The translations under genes and the position numbers were made by a program. Under the pieces are notes generated by a model. That model saw only the letters and a list, made by a program, of their open reading frames with translations, ran no database searches and was not told the DNA's origin. A stretch of DNA of 16,087 bases, taken from Candidatus Thorarchaeota archaeon (GTDB lineage: Archaea; Asgardarchaeota; Thorarchaeia; Thorarchaeales; Thorarchaeaceae). Positions 1-8,489 of the stretch are shown piece after piece. The stretch lies in contig JBHLRQ010000074.1 of NCBI GenBank assembly GCA_048882385.1, positions 1 to 16,087 of the forward strand, read 5' to 3'. The number at the start of each line of letters is the position of its first letter. The stretch's first letter is position 1.

Positions 1-639
1 GTTACAGAAGGTGACAGTGAAGGGTATTTTCTGATAGATCACATTAGCCTCAGTCTCTTCCGTGTTGTTATTGGATTTGCTTTCGCGATAATCACAGCTG
101 TCCCAATGGGTATAGCCATTGGAAGATATCGGATATTTGATGCGATACTCAGTCCTGTTGTAGAGGCTATGCGTCCCATCCCTCCAATTGCTTGGATCCC
201 TCTGGCGATTCTAATGTTCTCTCGAAATCTGCTTGGTGCTCAGGTGTTCATCATTTGGGTCGGTGCTTTCTTCCCAATTCTGATAAATACAACAACGGGT
301 GTAAAACGTACGGAACCAGTTCACATAGATGTTGCAAAAACATTTGGTGCTGGAGAGATTCAGATTCTACGTAAGATCGTCATACCATCAGCTGGACCTG
401 AAATCTTTGCAGGTCTGAGAATTGGTTTTGGTATTGGTTGGATGTGTCTTGTCGCCGCTGAAATGATTGGAGGGGGTCTTGGACTGGGATATCTGATTTG
501 GATAATGTGGCAAGTTGGCCGAACAGGTGCAGTAATCATTAGTATGTTTATGATTGGCTTGATTGGTTTTCTAGTAAGCTACTTCTTTCTGTTCATTGAA
601 AAAAGACTGCTCAAATGGAGGCAGACTGTTTCGGTCTAG
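1..639 (+). CDS. ABC transporter permease, nitrate/sulfonate/taurine (SsuC/TauC-like) family, 5'-partial
   Basis: Frame is open from base 1 (VTEGDSEGYFLIDHISLSLFRVVIGF...), upstream of the ATG at 106. Contains RPIPPIAWIPL, an EAA-like loop (DVAKTFGA...ILRKIVIPSA), W.CLVAAEMIG..GLG and several hydrophobic helices. Confidence 0.92.
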   Translation, partial: VTEGDSEGYFLIDHISLSLFRVVIGFAFAIITAVPMGIAIGRYRIFDAILSPVVEAMRPIPPIAWIPLAILMFSRNLLGAQVFIIWVGAFFPILINTTTGVKRTEPVHIDVAKTFGAGEIQILRKIVIPSAGPEIFAGLRIGFGIGWMCLVAAEMIGGGLGLGYLIWIMWQVGRTGAVIISMFMIGLIGFLVSYFFLFIEKRLLKWRQTVSV

Positions 640-1408
640 AACGGCTCATCGCTTTCTCCTGTTCCACCTTGAGGACCTCCAAAATATTACTTCTATAAGC
701 CAAACACTCTGGTGAAGCTCTATTACGAGGCTTTGGGATGTCCACCTCGTATTCTGCAAGAATCTTAGCAGGTATGTTACTTAACACAAGAATACGATCA
801 CCCATGAAGACTGCTTCGTCTACATTGTGTGAAACAAAGATGATTGTTGAACCAGTTGATTCTCTGATTCTGAGTAATTCCTCTTGTAGGTGATTTCTGG
901 TCTGAGCATCAAGATTGGATAGAGCTTCATCAGCAACCAGAATGTCAGGGGACACAACAAGACTTCGCGCCACCTCAGTCTTTCTAGCCTGTCCTCCTGA
1001 GATTTCGTGTGGATAGTTGTCTTCTAGACCATTCATTCCAACAATCCTGATGATTTCCTCTACTCTGGTCTGCATCTCGTTTCGATCTAAGTTTGCGATT
1101 TCAAGTCCAAACTCAATGTTCTGTTTCACAGTTCTCCAAGGAAACAAAGACTCTTGCTGGAAAATGTAGCCAACTCTGTTGTGTCCTGGAAAAACTTCTT
1201 TGCCATCTATCTCGACACGCCCATCTTCCGGCTCAAGCAGTCCTGCAATGATTTTCAATAATGTAGTCTTCCCACATCCACTGGGTCCTAATATACAAAG
1301 TAGCTCTCCTTCTTTAACATCAAAAGAAATATCATCTAGTACCTCTATGAACTCCGATTCACCATTCGGATATGATTTTGAAACATTTTTGACAGAGAGC
1401 TTGGGCAT
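611..1408 (-). CDS. ABC transporter ATP-binding protein, SsuB/TauB-like
   Basis: Walker A GPSGCGKT, Q-loop IFQQESLFPWRTV, signature ISGGQ, Walker B/D-loop LVADEALSNLD, H-loop VSHN, C-terminal IPKPRNR. ATG at 1408 (MPKLSVKNVSK) is preferred over the TTG at 1420. Confidence 0.93.
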   Translation of the reverse strand: MPKLSVKNVSKSYPNGESEFIEVLDDISFDVKEGELLCILGPSGCGKTTLLKIIAGLLEPEDGRVEIDGKEVFPGHNRVGYIFQQESLFPWRTVKQNIEFGLEIANLDRNEMQTRVEEIIRIVGMNGLEDNYPHEISGGQARKTEVARSLVVSPDILVADEALSNLDAQTRNHLQEELLRIRESTGSTIIFVSHNVDEAVFMGDRILVLSNIPAKILAEYEVDIPKPRNRASPECLAYRSNILEVLKVEQEKAMSRSRPKQSASI

Positions 1409-1569
1409 ATTTTTGACCAAGTTGATTGAAAACTCTCAATCTGTTAAATGCTATGCTGCCAACATGCGCGCAAAGTAAAAAAAGGCCCTTGATGCTGTTT
1501 TTAGCTGTATTAGGCGCACGGACCTAGTAGATAATTCCATAGACGCTATGAAGCAGGAAGGTTGCTGAT

Positions 1570-3867
1570 TTGGGTACACCTAAAGTTCTGTTCGAGATTG
1601 AAGATGACGAGAGCACTAGTGCGATTGCAGTGGGAGATGTTACTGGCAATGGTGCCTCTGAGTTATGTACCGGTGGGCGCGATGGTGTCCTTCGACTCTA
1701 TGATGCGAATCGTAGCGAGATCGCTTTTCTTGCACAGCTTGACGTTGGGGGTAGTATTCTATCCATCAAAATTGCAGACGCCAACAATGATGGTCAGATG
1801 GAACTAGTCGTTGGAAGGGCAGTAGGAGTTGGTGAGACTCCTGGTGAGGCTGGAACCGTCCAAGTGTACAGATACGCTCCTAGTGGACAACTCGAGCTTC
1901 TTAGTGAATTTGCAGTAGACCGCTTTGTCACAACTGTCCACGTGACTGATGTCACGGGTGATGAAAAGAATGAGATTCTGGTTGGTGGAAGTGATTCTAC
2001 ACTTCGAATTCTACAGATGGACACTGACAACAACATCACTCAGTTTGTCAATCATCAGTTGGATGACATGCCTATTGCCATTGGTACATGTGATGTGATT
2101 GGTGACGAAATTGAAGAGATAGTTACAGGTAACCGAGACAAAACTCTACGAGTATTCAAGGTCCGTGACCATTCTGTTGAACAAATAGAAGTCATTGAAC
2201 TACCCAGTCCCGTCATCTCAGTGGCTGCTGGTGATATCCTTGGGGATAGGAAGATGGAACTTGGTGTTGTCACTCATGATGGTTCCATACGTGTCTATAG
2301 AAATGAAGAGAGCAAACTTGACTTATTCTCGACTCTTGAGAATGTAAATGCTCTATCTGTTAGAATTGAAGAACTCAATGCAGATCATATGGATGAGGTC
2401 GTCGTAGCCACTTCCGATTACAAAGTAAACTTCTACAGTCTCCAGATGGCGGATCTTAACCAGATTGCATCTGTTGACATTGGAAAGAAGATTCTATCTA
2501 TCAATGTGGGCGATGCGGGAGGCGATGGTCGAAAAGAGGTGCAAGTCGGTATTTCTGAAGCACCATTAAAGGTCATTGAGGGTCTCTACAAGCTAATTCC
2601 AAAATTCGAAGTTAGTCCCGAGATCAAGACTGGAACAGACCTCCGTGGAAAAATCACTGTCTATAATGTCAGTGATGAGCCAGTTACTGGAGTTTCTGGT
2701 AAAATCTATTGGTTCCCCAAAGACCATATGGATGTTGAACCACAACAACTCAGGTTTGACCTAGCTCCTGGTGACTGTCAATCTATAGATGTCCAGTTAA
2801 CACCTCGAGTCGAGGGTACAGTCATCATACGTCCCATTGTTCTGATGTGGACTGACTCCAGAGGTCAGGTCAGACAAGTCACAACCCCTGAAACAGCAGT
2901 CCTTGTACAAGAAGGAGCCGCGATGGCTGCTCCCGCAGCAGTTGCACCAGTTCCAGTTGAACCTACTCCGGTAGAAATTCCTGAGGCTGAGGTCACACCA
3001 TTTGGTTCTGTGGTTGGTACAGGCTTTAAGGACTTGGAAGCTAAAGAAAAAGCAGCTGAGATACTTCAAACAACCATGACTGGTGATGCGAGTGAATCAC
3101 TTAAAGCCGCTGAAGAGCTTTTAGATAAACTCTTTGGCGCAGAAGAAACTGGCGCCGCAATGGCAGAGATTGACGATGTCGAAGCCTTGATGGCTGAACC
3201 AACCCCTGAAGAAACCACTATAGCAGCTGTTGCTGGAGACACAGAGAGTGACCTAGTCGCAGATATTCGAACCAGACGTCCCAAACCTCCCAGACCCGGA
3301 ACAGCACCTGATGCATATCAGTTCCTTTTCAAAACTATGGTGATCGGTGAAGGTGCAGTTGGAAAGACAACTCTTGTAAACCGCTATGTGACAGGAGTCT
3401 TTGAGCGCGACTACAAGACGACAATCGGCTCTCAATTCGCTGTCAAACTGACCCACATCTCACCCCCTGAGGCTGAATATTCTACAGGAATCAAGCTTCA
3501 AGCGTGGGACGTTGCAGGCCAAGCGAGATTCAAGGCAGTGCGGAAGATGTACTATTCTGGAGCCGCAGGCATCATCTTAGTGTTTGACGTGACGAGGCGT
3601 CGTTCTTTCACAGAGCTCTCGAAGTGGGTTGAAGAAGCTGACGAATCCATTGGAACTCGCGTGCCAATGATATGCGTGGGTAACAAGACAGACCTCCCCG
3701 ACAGAGCGGTTCCCTCGGATGAAGCAAAGCGCTGGTCGGAGGACAAAGGTTTTCTCTATATGGAATCATCCGCCAAGACAGGTGAGGGTGTGGCCGACAT
3801 GTTCACGGTTCTTGCGGAAGTCATGTGGAGAGAGGCAAGAAAGGCACAGGAAGGCAAGAAAATTTAG
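1570..3867 (+). CDS. Fusion protein: 7-bladed FG-GAP-type beta-propeller + Ig-like domain + acidic linker + Rab-like small GTPase
   Basis: Seven repeats in aa 1-~338: GDVTGNGASEL, ADANNDGQMEL, TDVTGDEKNEI, CDVIGDEIEEI, GDILGDRKMEL, EELNADHMDEV, GDAGGDGRKEV. Beta-sandwich pattern (ITVYN...LAPGD...VQLTP..EG) at aa ~343-448. Ala/Pro/Glu-rich linker follows. GTPase motifs: G1 GEGAVGKT (3346-3369), G2 YKTTIG, G3 WDVAGQ (3505-3522), G4 NKTD (3682-3693), G5 SAK (3769-3777). TTG start, preceded by purine-rich GCAGGAAGG. Confidence 0.9.
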   Translation: MGTPKVLFEIEDDESTSAIAVGDVTGNGASELCTGGRDGVLRLYDANRSEIAFLAQLDVGGSILSIKIADANNDGQMELVVGRAVGVGETPGEAGTVQVYRYAPSGQLELLSEFAVDRFVTTVHVTDVTGDEKNEILVGGSDSTLRILQMDTDNNITQFVNHQLDDMPIAIGTCDVIGDEIEEIVTGNRDKTLRVFKVRDHSVEQIEVIELPSPVISVAAGDILGDRKMELGVVTHDGSIRVYRNEESKLDLFSTLENVNALSVRIEELNADHMDEVVVATSDYKVNFYSLQMADLNQIASVDIGKKILSINVGDAGGDGRKEVQVGISEAPLKVIEGLYKLIPKFEVSPEIKTGTDLRGKITVYNVSDEPVTGVSGKIYWFPKDHMDVEPQQLRFDLAPGDCQSIDVQLTPRVEGTVIIRPIVLMWTDSRGQVRQVTTPETAVLVQEGAAMAAPAAVAPVPVEPTPVEIPEAEVTPFGSVVGTGFKDLEAKEKAAEILQTTMTGDASESLKAAEELLDKLFGAEETGAAMAEIDDVEALMAEPTPEETTIAAVAGDTESDLVADIRTRRPKPPRPGTAPDAYQFLFKTMVIGEGAVGKTTLVNRYVTGVFERDYKTTIGSQFAVKLTHISPPEAEYSTGIKLQAWDVAGQARFKAVRKMYYSGAAGIILVFDVTRRRSFTELSKWVEEADESIGTRVPMICVGNKTDLPDRAVPSDEAKRWSEDKGFLYMESSAKTGEGVADMFTVLAEVMWREARKAQEGKKI

Positions 3868-3876
3868 GAAAACGCT

Positions 3877-4473
3877 TCACGAAAGAGCTTCTGCGCCTTC
3901 ATTGAATGCAGTCAGATTGTCTTCTGAAACAAGGATCTTTGAAACTGCATCTCTGAGACTCCTAGGTTCAAGTGGTATGCCCTTCAGTGATGAAAGCCCA
4001 CCCACCATGAATGAATTGAGAACTCGGGTTGAACCCAAACGCTTCAAAACTGGTTCCGTATCAAGAAGATGAACCTTTTTGCATAATGACTGAAGTGCTC
4101 TTTCGATATCCTCTATCTTGGGGTAAGACTTGTCACCTGTTGTTACATTTACAGGGGGTACAGGCATCGTGTTTACTAGAGCTACTGTATTCCCACCAGC
4201 ATATTTTGTAGCTGCTCGTAATGCTTCGAGTGGTTCAAAGCCAAGTAGAACATCGAGTTCTCCTTTGGGTATCAAAGGTCCCCAGTCCCTTTTGCCAATC
4301 CTGATATGCGTAAGAACACTACCACCTCTTCGTGAGGCTCCGAATGTGTCCCCAACCACAGGTCGTAATCCCTGTAGAACTGCAGCCTCCGCGATAATCC
4401 GGCCACAGACAAGATTTCCCTGACCTCCAACACCTGCGACCAAAATGGAGAATGGGTCTTTCACATCACTCAC
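3877..4473 (-). CDS. iorB: Indolepyruvate:ferredoxin oxidoreductase beta subunit
   Basis: AGVGGQG, G.SRRGGSV..HIRIG, D.LLGFEPLEALR, N.FMVG, N..AF..G. Overlaps the iorA 3' end by 8 bp. Confidence 0.9.
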   Translation of the reverse strand: MSDVKDPFSILVAGVGGQGNLVCGRIIAEAAVLQGLRPVVGDTFGASRRGGSVLTHIRIGKRDWGPLIPKGELDVLLGFEPLEALRAATKYAGGNTVALVNTMPVPPVNVTTGDKSYPKIEDIERALQSLCKKVHLLDTEPVLKRLGSTRVLNSFMVGGLSSLKGIPLEPRSLRDAVSKILVSEDNLTAFNEGAEALS

Positions 4474-6313
4474 GCTCCACTATTGCTTTGTGCGGACACA
4501 CATCGATGCACGCTCCACATTGTACACATGAATGTTCTATGACTATCGGATGTTCTGTTTCATCACTCCAGCTGAGAGCTGGACATCTGAAATCTGACAC
4601 GCAGATCATACACTTTTCTCCCCTACAGAGATCCTCTTCTATTCTAACTGGAGTGTCACCCACATGCCCAGGTTCCTTTTTCACTTCCTCAAGTCTGCAG
4701 ACACTATCAAGAAGAAGAACCTTCAAGCCCTCTTTCTGTACGGTTGAATGAATTAGTTTTGTAAGGGCTGGAATGTCTGTTGCATCTCCTCTTGCAAAGA
4801 AGTCTGGCTCAATCGATCTTACCAGATTCTCAATCTCCAATCTTCGAAGATTCTCAGGCTGATCGCTTGATCCTGGATGCAATTGAAAGCCCGTCATTGC
4901 TGTGGTAGTATTATCAAGAATGACAAATGCCAGGTCTGAATTCTTGTGTCTTGCATTTATCAAGCCTGGCAAGCATGCATGGTAGAAAGTAGAATCTCCT
5001 GCTACGCTGATAACCTTCGATTCAAATCCGAACCTCTTTAGTTGCCCTAATCCAGAACCGATACCAATTCCTGAGCCCATAGCTTGCATGGTATCCATTG
5101 CTTGATCATAGAAGACTCCTAGAGAATAACAACCGATGTCTCCTGCAACCACAAGTTTTCCACCTAGTCGTTTCTTTACAGTTCGGACCGCCCAGTAGAA
5201 ATTACGATGAGTACATCCAGCACAGAATGTAAGGGGTCTCTCCACGATGAGATCTTTAGGATGTACCGATGACTTCTTTTCGGTTTTGCCTGTTAAATTC
5301 ATGAGCGCGCTCAAGACAACATCCGTGGTCATTTCCCCATAGCTAGGTATGTGTTCTGTTCTTCTCCCAAAGAACTGTGGCTTGTCCTTCAAATTGACTA
5401 CCAGCGACCTAATCTCATCCTCCAAGAATGGATCATTCTCTTCTACAAACAAAACTTGCTTAGTAGCTTCAAGAAGACGAATCAATGTTGACCTTGGCAA
5501 TGGATATGTTGTAACAAGATTCACGTGGTCGATCTTATGTGAGCCAAGTAGGTGGATTGCCTCCTTTGTATACAGCGAGCTTATACCACTTGAAATGACC
5601 AAGAGGTCCCTTTCTTTGGCACTAGAATCACTGTTGAATTGTGAATTCTCAAACTCCTTTCTCACTTTATCCATCTTGTTTAGGAGGTCTCGGTGTCTTA
5701 GATGTGGTGATGGGACATTATAGAGTTGATTCGGGAAGTCTTGTATTCTCTTCTTCTTCTTTGGAATCCTACTTATTTGAACCAGCCCTCTCGAATGCGA
5801 TAGTCTTGTTGTACTCCTGATGAAAACTGGAATCTCGTATTTCTGAGAAAGCTTGAATGCAATCCGGGTGAGATCTTTCGCTTCTTGATATGTTGAAGGC
5901 TCCAGTAGTGGAATCTGTGCTGCTTTCGCATAGAATCTTGAATCTTGTTCGTTACTGGAACTGTGTCCCCTAGGATCATCACACACTACAATAACGAGAC
6001 CCCCCTTACCTGATCCAGATAGGTTCAGGTTCAGTAGAAAGTCTGAAGCAACATTCAGACCCAATGACTTCATAGGACTGAGAGCTGGAATTCCAACCCA
6101 ACTTGCAGCGGCCGCAGATTCAAGAGCAACTTTCTCATTTGTAGACCACTCAACATGAATATCGTGTTCTGCAGCAGATTCAAAGAGCATAGTCGCAATC
6201 TCAGTCGAAGGAGTTCCCGGATAGGATGCGCAGAACCCTACACCTGCTTCTAAAGCACCTGTCGCTATGGCTTCATTACCACTCATGATGATGTTTTGTT
6301 TAGATTCGCTCAT
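4466..6313 (-). CDS. iorA: Indolepyruvate:ferredoxin oxidoreductase alpha subunit
   Basis: GNEAIA.GA, YPGTPSTEI, EWSTNEKVA, DDP..HSS.NEQD, RPLTFCAGCTHR, GDIGCY, TPP-binding GDSTFYH...DN.TTAMTGFQ, and a C-terminal ferredoxin domain (C....C..C...CP and CVQCGACIDVCP). Confidence 0.95.
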   Translation of the reverse strand: MSESKQNIIMSGNEAIATGALEAGVGFCASYPGTPSTEIATMLFESAAEHDIHVEWSTNEKVALESAAAASWVGIPALSPMKSLGLNVASDFLLNLNLSGSGKGGLVIVVCDDPRGHSSSNEQDSRFYAKAAQIPLLEPSTYQEAKDLTRIAFKLSQKYEIPVFIRSTTRLSHSRGLVQISRIPKKKKRIQDFPNQLYNVPSPHLRHRDLLNKMDKVRKEFENSQFNSDSSAKERDLLVISSGISSLYTKEAIHLLGSHKIDHVNLVTTYPLPRSTLIRLLEATKQVLFVEENDPFLEDEIRSLVVNLKDKPQFFGRRTEHIPSYGEMTTDVVLSALMNLTGKTEKKSSVHPKDLIVERPLTFCAGCTHRNFYWAVRTVKKRLGGKLVVAGDIGCYSLGVFYDQAMDTMQAMGSGIGIGSGLGQLKRFGFESKVISVAGDSTFYHACLPGLINARHKNSDLAFVILDNTTTAMTGFQLHPGSSDQPENLRRLEIENLVRSIEPDFFARGDATDIPALTKLIHSTVQKEGLKVLLLDSVCRLEEVKKEPGHVGDTPVRIEEDLCRGEKCMICVSDFRCPALSWSDETEHPIVIEHSCVQCGACIDVCPHKAIVERE

Positions 6314-6369
6314 TCTATCCCTCGCAGAATTTCAACACGTGAGGCATCAGAAAATACTTTCGACGAGTC

Positions 6370-6383
6370 AATTCTATAGAATT
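6370..6383. promoter_or_regulatory. Perfect 14-bp palindrome in the divergent iorA/DHH intergenic region; candidate operator
   Basis: AATTCTATAGAATT is its own reverse complement and lies roughly midway between the two start codons. Confidence 0.35.
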
Positions 6384-6435
6384 AAAGAGTACCTACGGGA
6401 AGATAAAATAAGCGAGCACTCAACCTGTTTTATGA

Positions 6436-7515
6436 ATGTATATGCCTGAAGAACCAGAAAATCCATCAAAGCCTAAAAAAATCACATCTGTTCTATCCAT
6501 ATCTCACGATAAAGATGTAGACGGATTGAACTCTGCAGCGATTGTGTGGAGATATGCAAAAGAAAAGGGTCTTGAGTTCAAGGCATTACTCACTGATTAC
6601 GGTTCATTTGAACAGGTATTCTCTGCCATAGGCAAAAGGCGGGATACACTCATCATTATTACCGACCTAGGTATGGATGATACGATAATTGACGTTGTAC
6701 AGGCTGGATTAACACAAGCAATCTCACAAGGCTGTAGAATTGTGTGGTTGGATCATCACCAATGGTCAGATAGCGCCATCAAGATGGTGCTCTCACTTGG
6801 GAATAAACCCATTCTGAAAGTCAATCATGATTTTTGTGCAGCTGAAATTGCAAGCAAGGTTCTCATGCCACGAGATGAGATTTGCACTGAACTAGCCACT
6901 ATTGCACATGATACTGATTTCAATCTTCGAGAGATTGAAGTAGCCACTGCACTCACTGACGCAGTAAGCGTGACTCGTTTTGGTGCAATCGATAAGAAGG
7001 AAGAAGTCACTGATGCATTATATCCCCTTCTCACCAAATTAGCAGAGAGTGGAATAAGTGGTGTATGGGATATTAGCACTCGCAAGTTCAAGGACACCCT
7101 CCTGCATAAGCGTGTAGAGAATTACCAGAAAGAGAAGTCAAAGAAGATGAGGAAAGCTCTGGCCGGGCATTGTGATCAGGTCATTCATGATAAACTTGTG
7201 CGAATCGTAGAGATTCCCAGTGGTCTGACTTCAACAGACATGGGAACATTTGCATCAAATCAAGAGAATCTCACTAGAATTGACTCTGAACTGAAGGTTG
7301 CTGACCTTCTACTCTCACTCAGTCAAGGTGGAATGTTAGGCTTCAGAAGAGGTAGTGATGGGGTCATGTGTAATGCTGCTGCAAAGTTGTTTAATGGAGG
7401 TGGACATCCATATGCTGCTGGAGGGGAGTACGGTTTGTATGAAGATTTTCAAGCAGTATGTGATGATATCTTTCTTACTCTCTCAAAAGACAAAACTTGG
7501 ATTTCAGATACCTAG
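6436..7515 (+). CDS. DHH/DHHA1 family phosphoesterase (nanoRNase/RecJ-like superfamily)
   Basis: Motif I HDKDVDG, motif II ITDLG, motif III WLDHH, CAAEI, motif IV AHDTD, and DHHA1 GGGHPYAAG. The start may be the ATG at 6442. Confidence 0.88.
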   Translation: MYMPEEPENPSKPKKITSVLSISHDKDVDGLNSAAIVWRYAKEKGLEFKALLTDYGSFEQVFSAIGKRRDTLIIITDLGMDDTIIDVVQAGLTQAISQGCRIVWLDHHQWSDSAIKMVLSLGNKPILKVNHDFCAAEIASKVLMPRDEICTELATIAHDTDFNLREIEVATALTDAVSVTRFGAIDKKEEVTDALYPLLTKLAESGISGVWDISTRKFKDTLLHKRVENYQKEKSKKMRKALAGHCDQVIHDKLVRIVEIPSGLTSTDMGTFASNQENLTRIDSELKVADLLLSLSQGGMLGFRRGSDGVMCNAAAKLFNGGGHPYAAGGEYGLYEDFQAVCDDIFLTLSKDKTWISDT

Positions 7516-8489
7516 GACTTCTGTTCACGTAACATTTTATTCACAAGTTCAAGAACATCAATCCCTGTTTCCCAGAGTTCATCAAAGGTTCTAATGGCGT
7601 CATTTATCAATCCTGGATTATCCTCTCTGTGGACCAGTGCTGCCATATCTGACTCCTTTGCATGAGTCAAATAGAGTAGCATTTTGTCTTCATTTAGACT
7701 TACTATTCGATACGTATTCATCGGTTCACGCGATAATTTGAGCTGAATGTTACCAGATTTTGTAGCTTGCTCAAAGGCATCTATCATCGGTGTGAGGTGG
7801 CTTGTCATCAAGTTCAAATCCAGTTCGGTGGTCCCGACTGGAGTAAGTAAACCCCTGACTTTCACACCTCTAATGCCTGACTGGATGATCCTCAGTTCTG
7901 TAACACCACCTGGTCCAAGTCCTTCTGCCAAGGTGCTTGCATGACCTAGTATCCTCACAACATCGCCAGCTTTTGCACCATCTGCAAATTCTCGTATGAT
8001 TGTACTTCTAACGTTCTCAACTCCTTCAATCACACCCGATTTTCCAATTGATGAACTGCCTACCAATTGTTTGTGGAGTACAAGAGCCAGCTCCGAACCG
8101 CTGACTGATTTGAGTTGATTGAGTTTAGAGGTAAGATGTTGCTTCTCTGTGTTGGTGTTAGTTATCCTGTCTTGTTTACTTGCTACAAGTGCTTCAGTAA
8201 TACCTGATTTTTTGACAACGTAAGTTCTCGGAGTACTGATGGCATCCACGATAGAAATGAGCTTGCTATCTAGTAGGTCATTTAGTCTTCTATAGATATA
8301 GGCTCTTGTGAAAGGTTGTTTACCAGTTATCAATTCTAGACATTTAGAAATCTCATCATATTTGACAGGTCTGTCAAGACCTCCCGCAGCCTTGAGAACT
8401 GCTCGAAATACCTGCATCTGACCCGAGTTCATATCAAAACCAAGTTTCTCGAGTTCTTGTAGGAAAATCTTACTGGACAATCCGGTCAT
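7512..8489 (-). CDS. Putative TrmB-like regulator (wHTH + coiled coil + PLD-like-fold sensor domain), paralog 3
   Basis: wHTH-like segment (VKYDEI...TRAYIYRRLNDLLDSKLI...TPRTY), heptad segment, IEGVENV, GDVVRI, RGVKVRGL, C-terminal NPGLINDAIRTFDELW. ATGA overlap with paralog 2. Confidence 0.65.
   Translation of the reverse strand: MTGLSSKIFLQELEKLGFDMNSGQMQVFRAVLKAAGGLDRPVKYDEISKCLELITGKQPFTRAYIYRRLNDLLDSKLISIVDAISTPRTYVVKKSGITEALVASKQDRITNTNTEKQHLTSKLNQLKSVSGSELALVLHKQLVGSSSIGKSGVIEGVENVRSTIIREFADGAKAGDVVRILGHASTLAEGLGPGGVTELRIIQSGIRGVKVRGLLTPVGTTELDLNLMTSHLTPMIDAFEQATKSGNIQLKLSREPMNTYRIVSLNEDKMLLYLTHAKESDMAALVHREDNPGLINDAIRTFDELWETGIDVLELVNKMLREQKS

Noticed and set aside
1570-2583. Integrin-alpha or secreted adhesin interpretation of the propeller
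   Set aside because: There is no signal peptide or TM helix, and it is fused to a cytoplasmic GTPase.
3244-3300. ESDLVADIRTRRPK as a WH2 actin-binding motif
   Set aside because: It lacks the LKK(T/V)-type motif after the helix, so the similarity is too weak.
7512-7515. Convergent genes sharing a CTAG double stop
   Set aside because: Real, but common in compact genomes; no special function is implied.
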